This document shows, piece after piece, positions 63,320-64,000 of a stretch of 64,000 nucleotides of DNA (its first letter is position 1; the number at the start of each line of letters is the position of its first letter). Made by a program: the position numbers and the translations under genes. Below the pieces are notes generated by a model. It was not told where the DNA came from, made no database searches, and saw only the letters and a list, made by a program, of their open reading frames with translations. Origin of the DNA: Acanthaster planci (Eukaryota). The stretch is taken from the NCBI RefSeq assembly GCF_001949145.1, contig NW_019091360.1, forward strand, positions 3,887,816 through 3,951,815, read 5' to 3'.

Positions 63320-64000
63320 GTGCATAAATATGCAGCCTCTCAAGAACAAAACTGAGGGCGATATCGACTATATTTAGTTCTGGTACTGATATTTTTGCAT
63401 TAACGGAAGCCTGGCTCAGGGATGTTGATGATGCCTGCAGAACTGAGGCAACTCCAGCGGGATTAGAGCTTCTAGACCACCCAAGAACCAGTTGGATGGG
63501 GGGGCCACTGTATTGCTTCTTCATGATGGTATGGAAGTTGGCAAGATGGCGGCAGGTGAACGCCAATCATGTGAATTTTCTGAATGGTTAATCAGGTCTG
63601 GATCACAGCTTCTCAGACTGGTCATTGTATACAGGCCACCGTATTCATCTAACGATCGAACCACTGTGACTGCATTCATTAACCCTAACTCCCTAGGGTG
63701 TGTGCAAAATCACACTAAAATTGGAGGATTCAGGACTGTTAGGGTTAATGAGTTTTCTGATTATTTAGAATCAGTCTCATTATCAAGTGAACCACTTGTG
63801 ATTACTGGAGGTTTTAACATTTATGTTGATAGAATCCAAAACCTTGATTCTGTGCACTTCATTGAAATGCTTGAGTGTAGATGTATGAGCTTGCAGCAGC
63901 CAGCATGTCTCTACTCCTACTCATGTATATGGTCACACATTGGATCTAATAATCACCTGTTAGAGTCCATTGTCCAGGGCATTTAAATCATTGACCAGTT
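63320..64000 (+). mobile_element. Decayed non-LTR retrotransposon (L2/CR1-type) ORF2 AP-endonuclease fragment, continuing past the window edge
   Basis: Frameshifted motifs DIFALTEAWL, DHPR..GG, IVYRPP, LVITGGFNI (degenerate GDFN), PTHVYGHTLDLIIT. Confidence 0.85.
63683..63744. mobile_element. 62-bp piggyBac-type mini element nested in the LINE
   Basis: TTAA|CCCTAAC ... GTTAGGG|TTAA. Removing the element and one TTAA restores the LINE reading TAFINEFSDYL. Confidence 0.85.

Noticed and set aside
1..64000. Prokaryotic systems (CRISPR arrays, operons, defence islands)
   Set aside because: The sequence is spliceosomal-intron-rich animal DNA, and no repeat-spacer arrays were seen.

Overview
Eukaryotic, intron-rich, AT-rich animal genomic DNA, probably a marine invertebrate deuterostome (inference only). 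Most small ORFs in the supplied track are spurious or are exon fragments. About 54 kb of the + strand is one muscle-type locus, reconstructed here by reading GT-AG splice sites and checking codon phase. (A) A 23-exon obscurin/UNC-89/Trio-family RhoGEF (Ig, Ig, Ig, SH3, SH3, DH, PH, SH3, Ig, then a CxxC..CxxC tail; about 1902 aa if it starts at ATG 1940; stop at 30546). (B) A two-exon, 118-aa acidic single-Ig protein resembling telokin (33170-36003), behind its own promoter-like region. (C) An FN3 plus myosin light chain kinase unit ending at its calmodulin-binding helix (47727-54399, 430 aa). The junctions between these modules are all phase 1, so a GEF-Ig-FN3-kinase fusion isoform is structurally possible. 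An intronless class A GPCR with non-canonical TM6/TM7 motifs lies antisense in intron 2. Also present: a tRNA-derived SINE, several MITE-like elements, a near-perfect 22-bp hairpin, and a decayed LINE endonuclease interrupted by a 62-bp TTAA-flanked piggyBac-type element. There are two assembly gaps (5379-6329 and 60509-60521).
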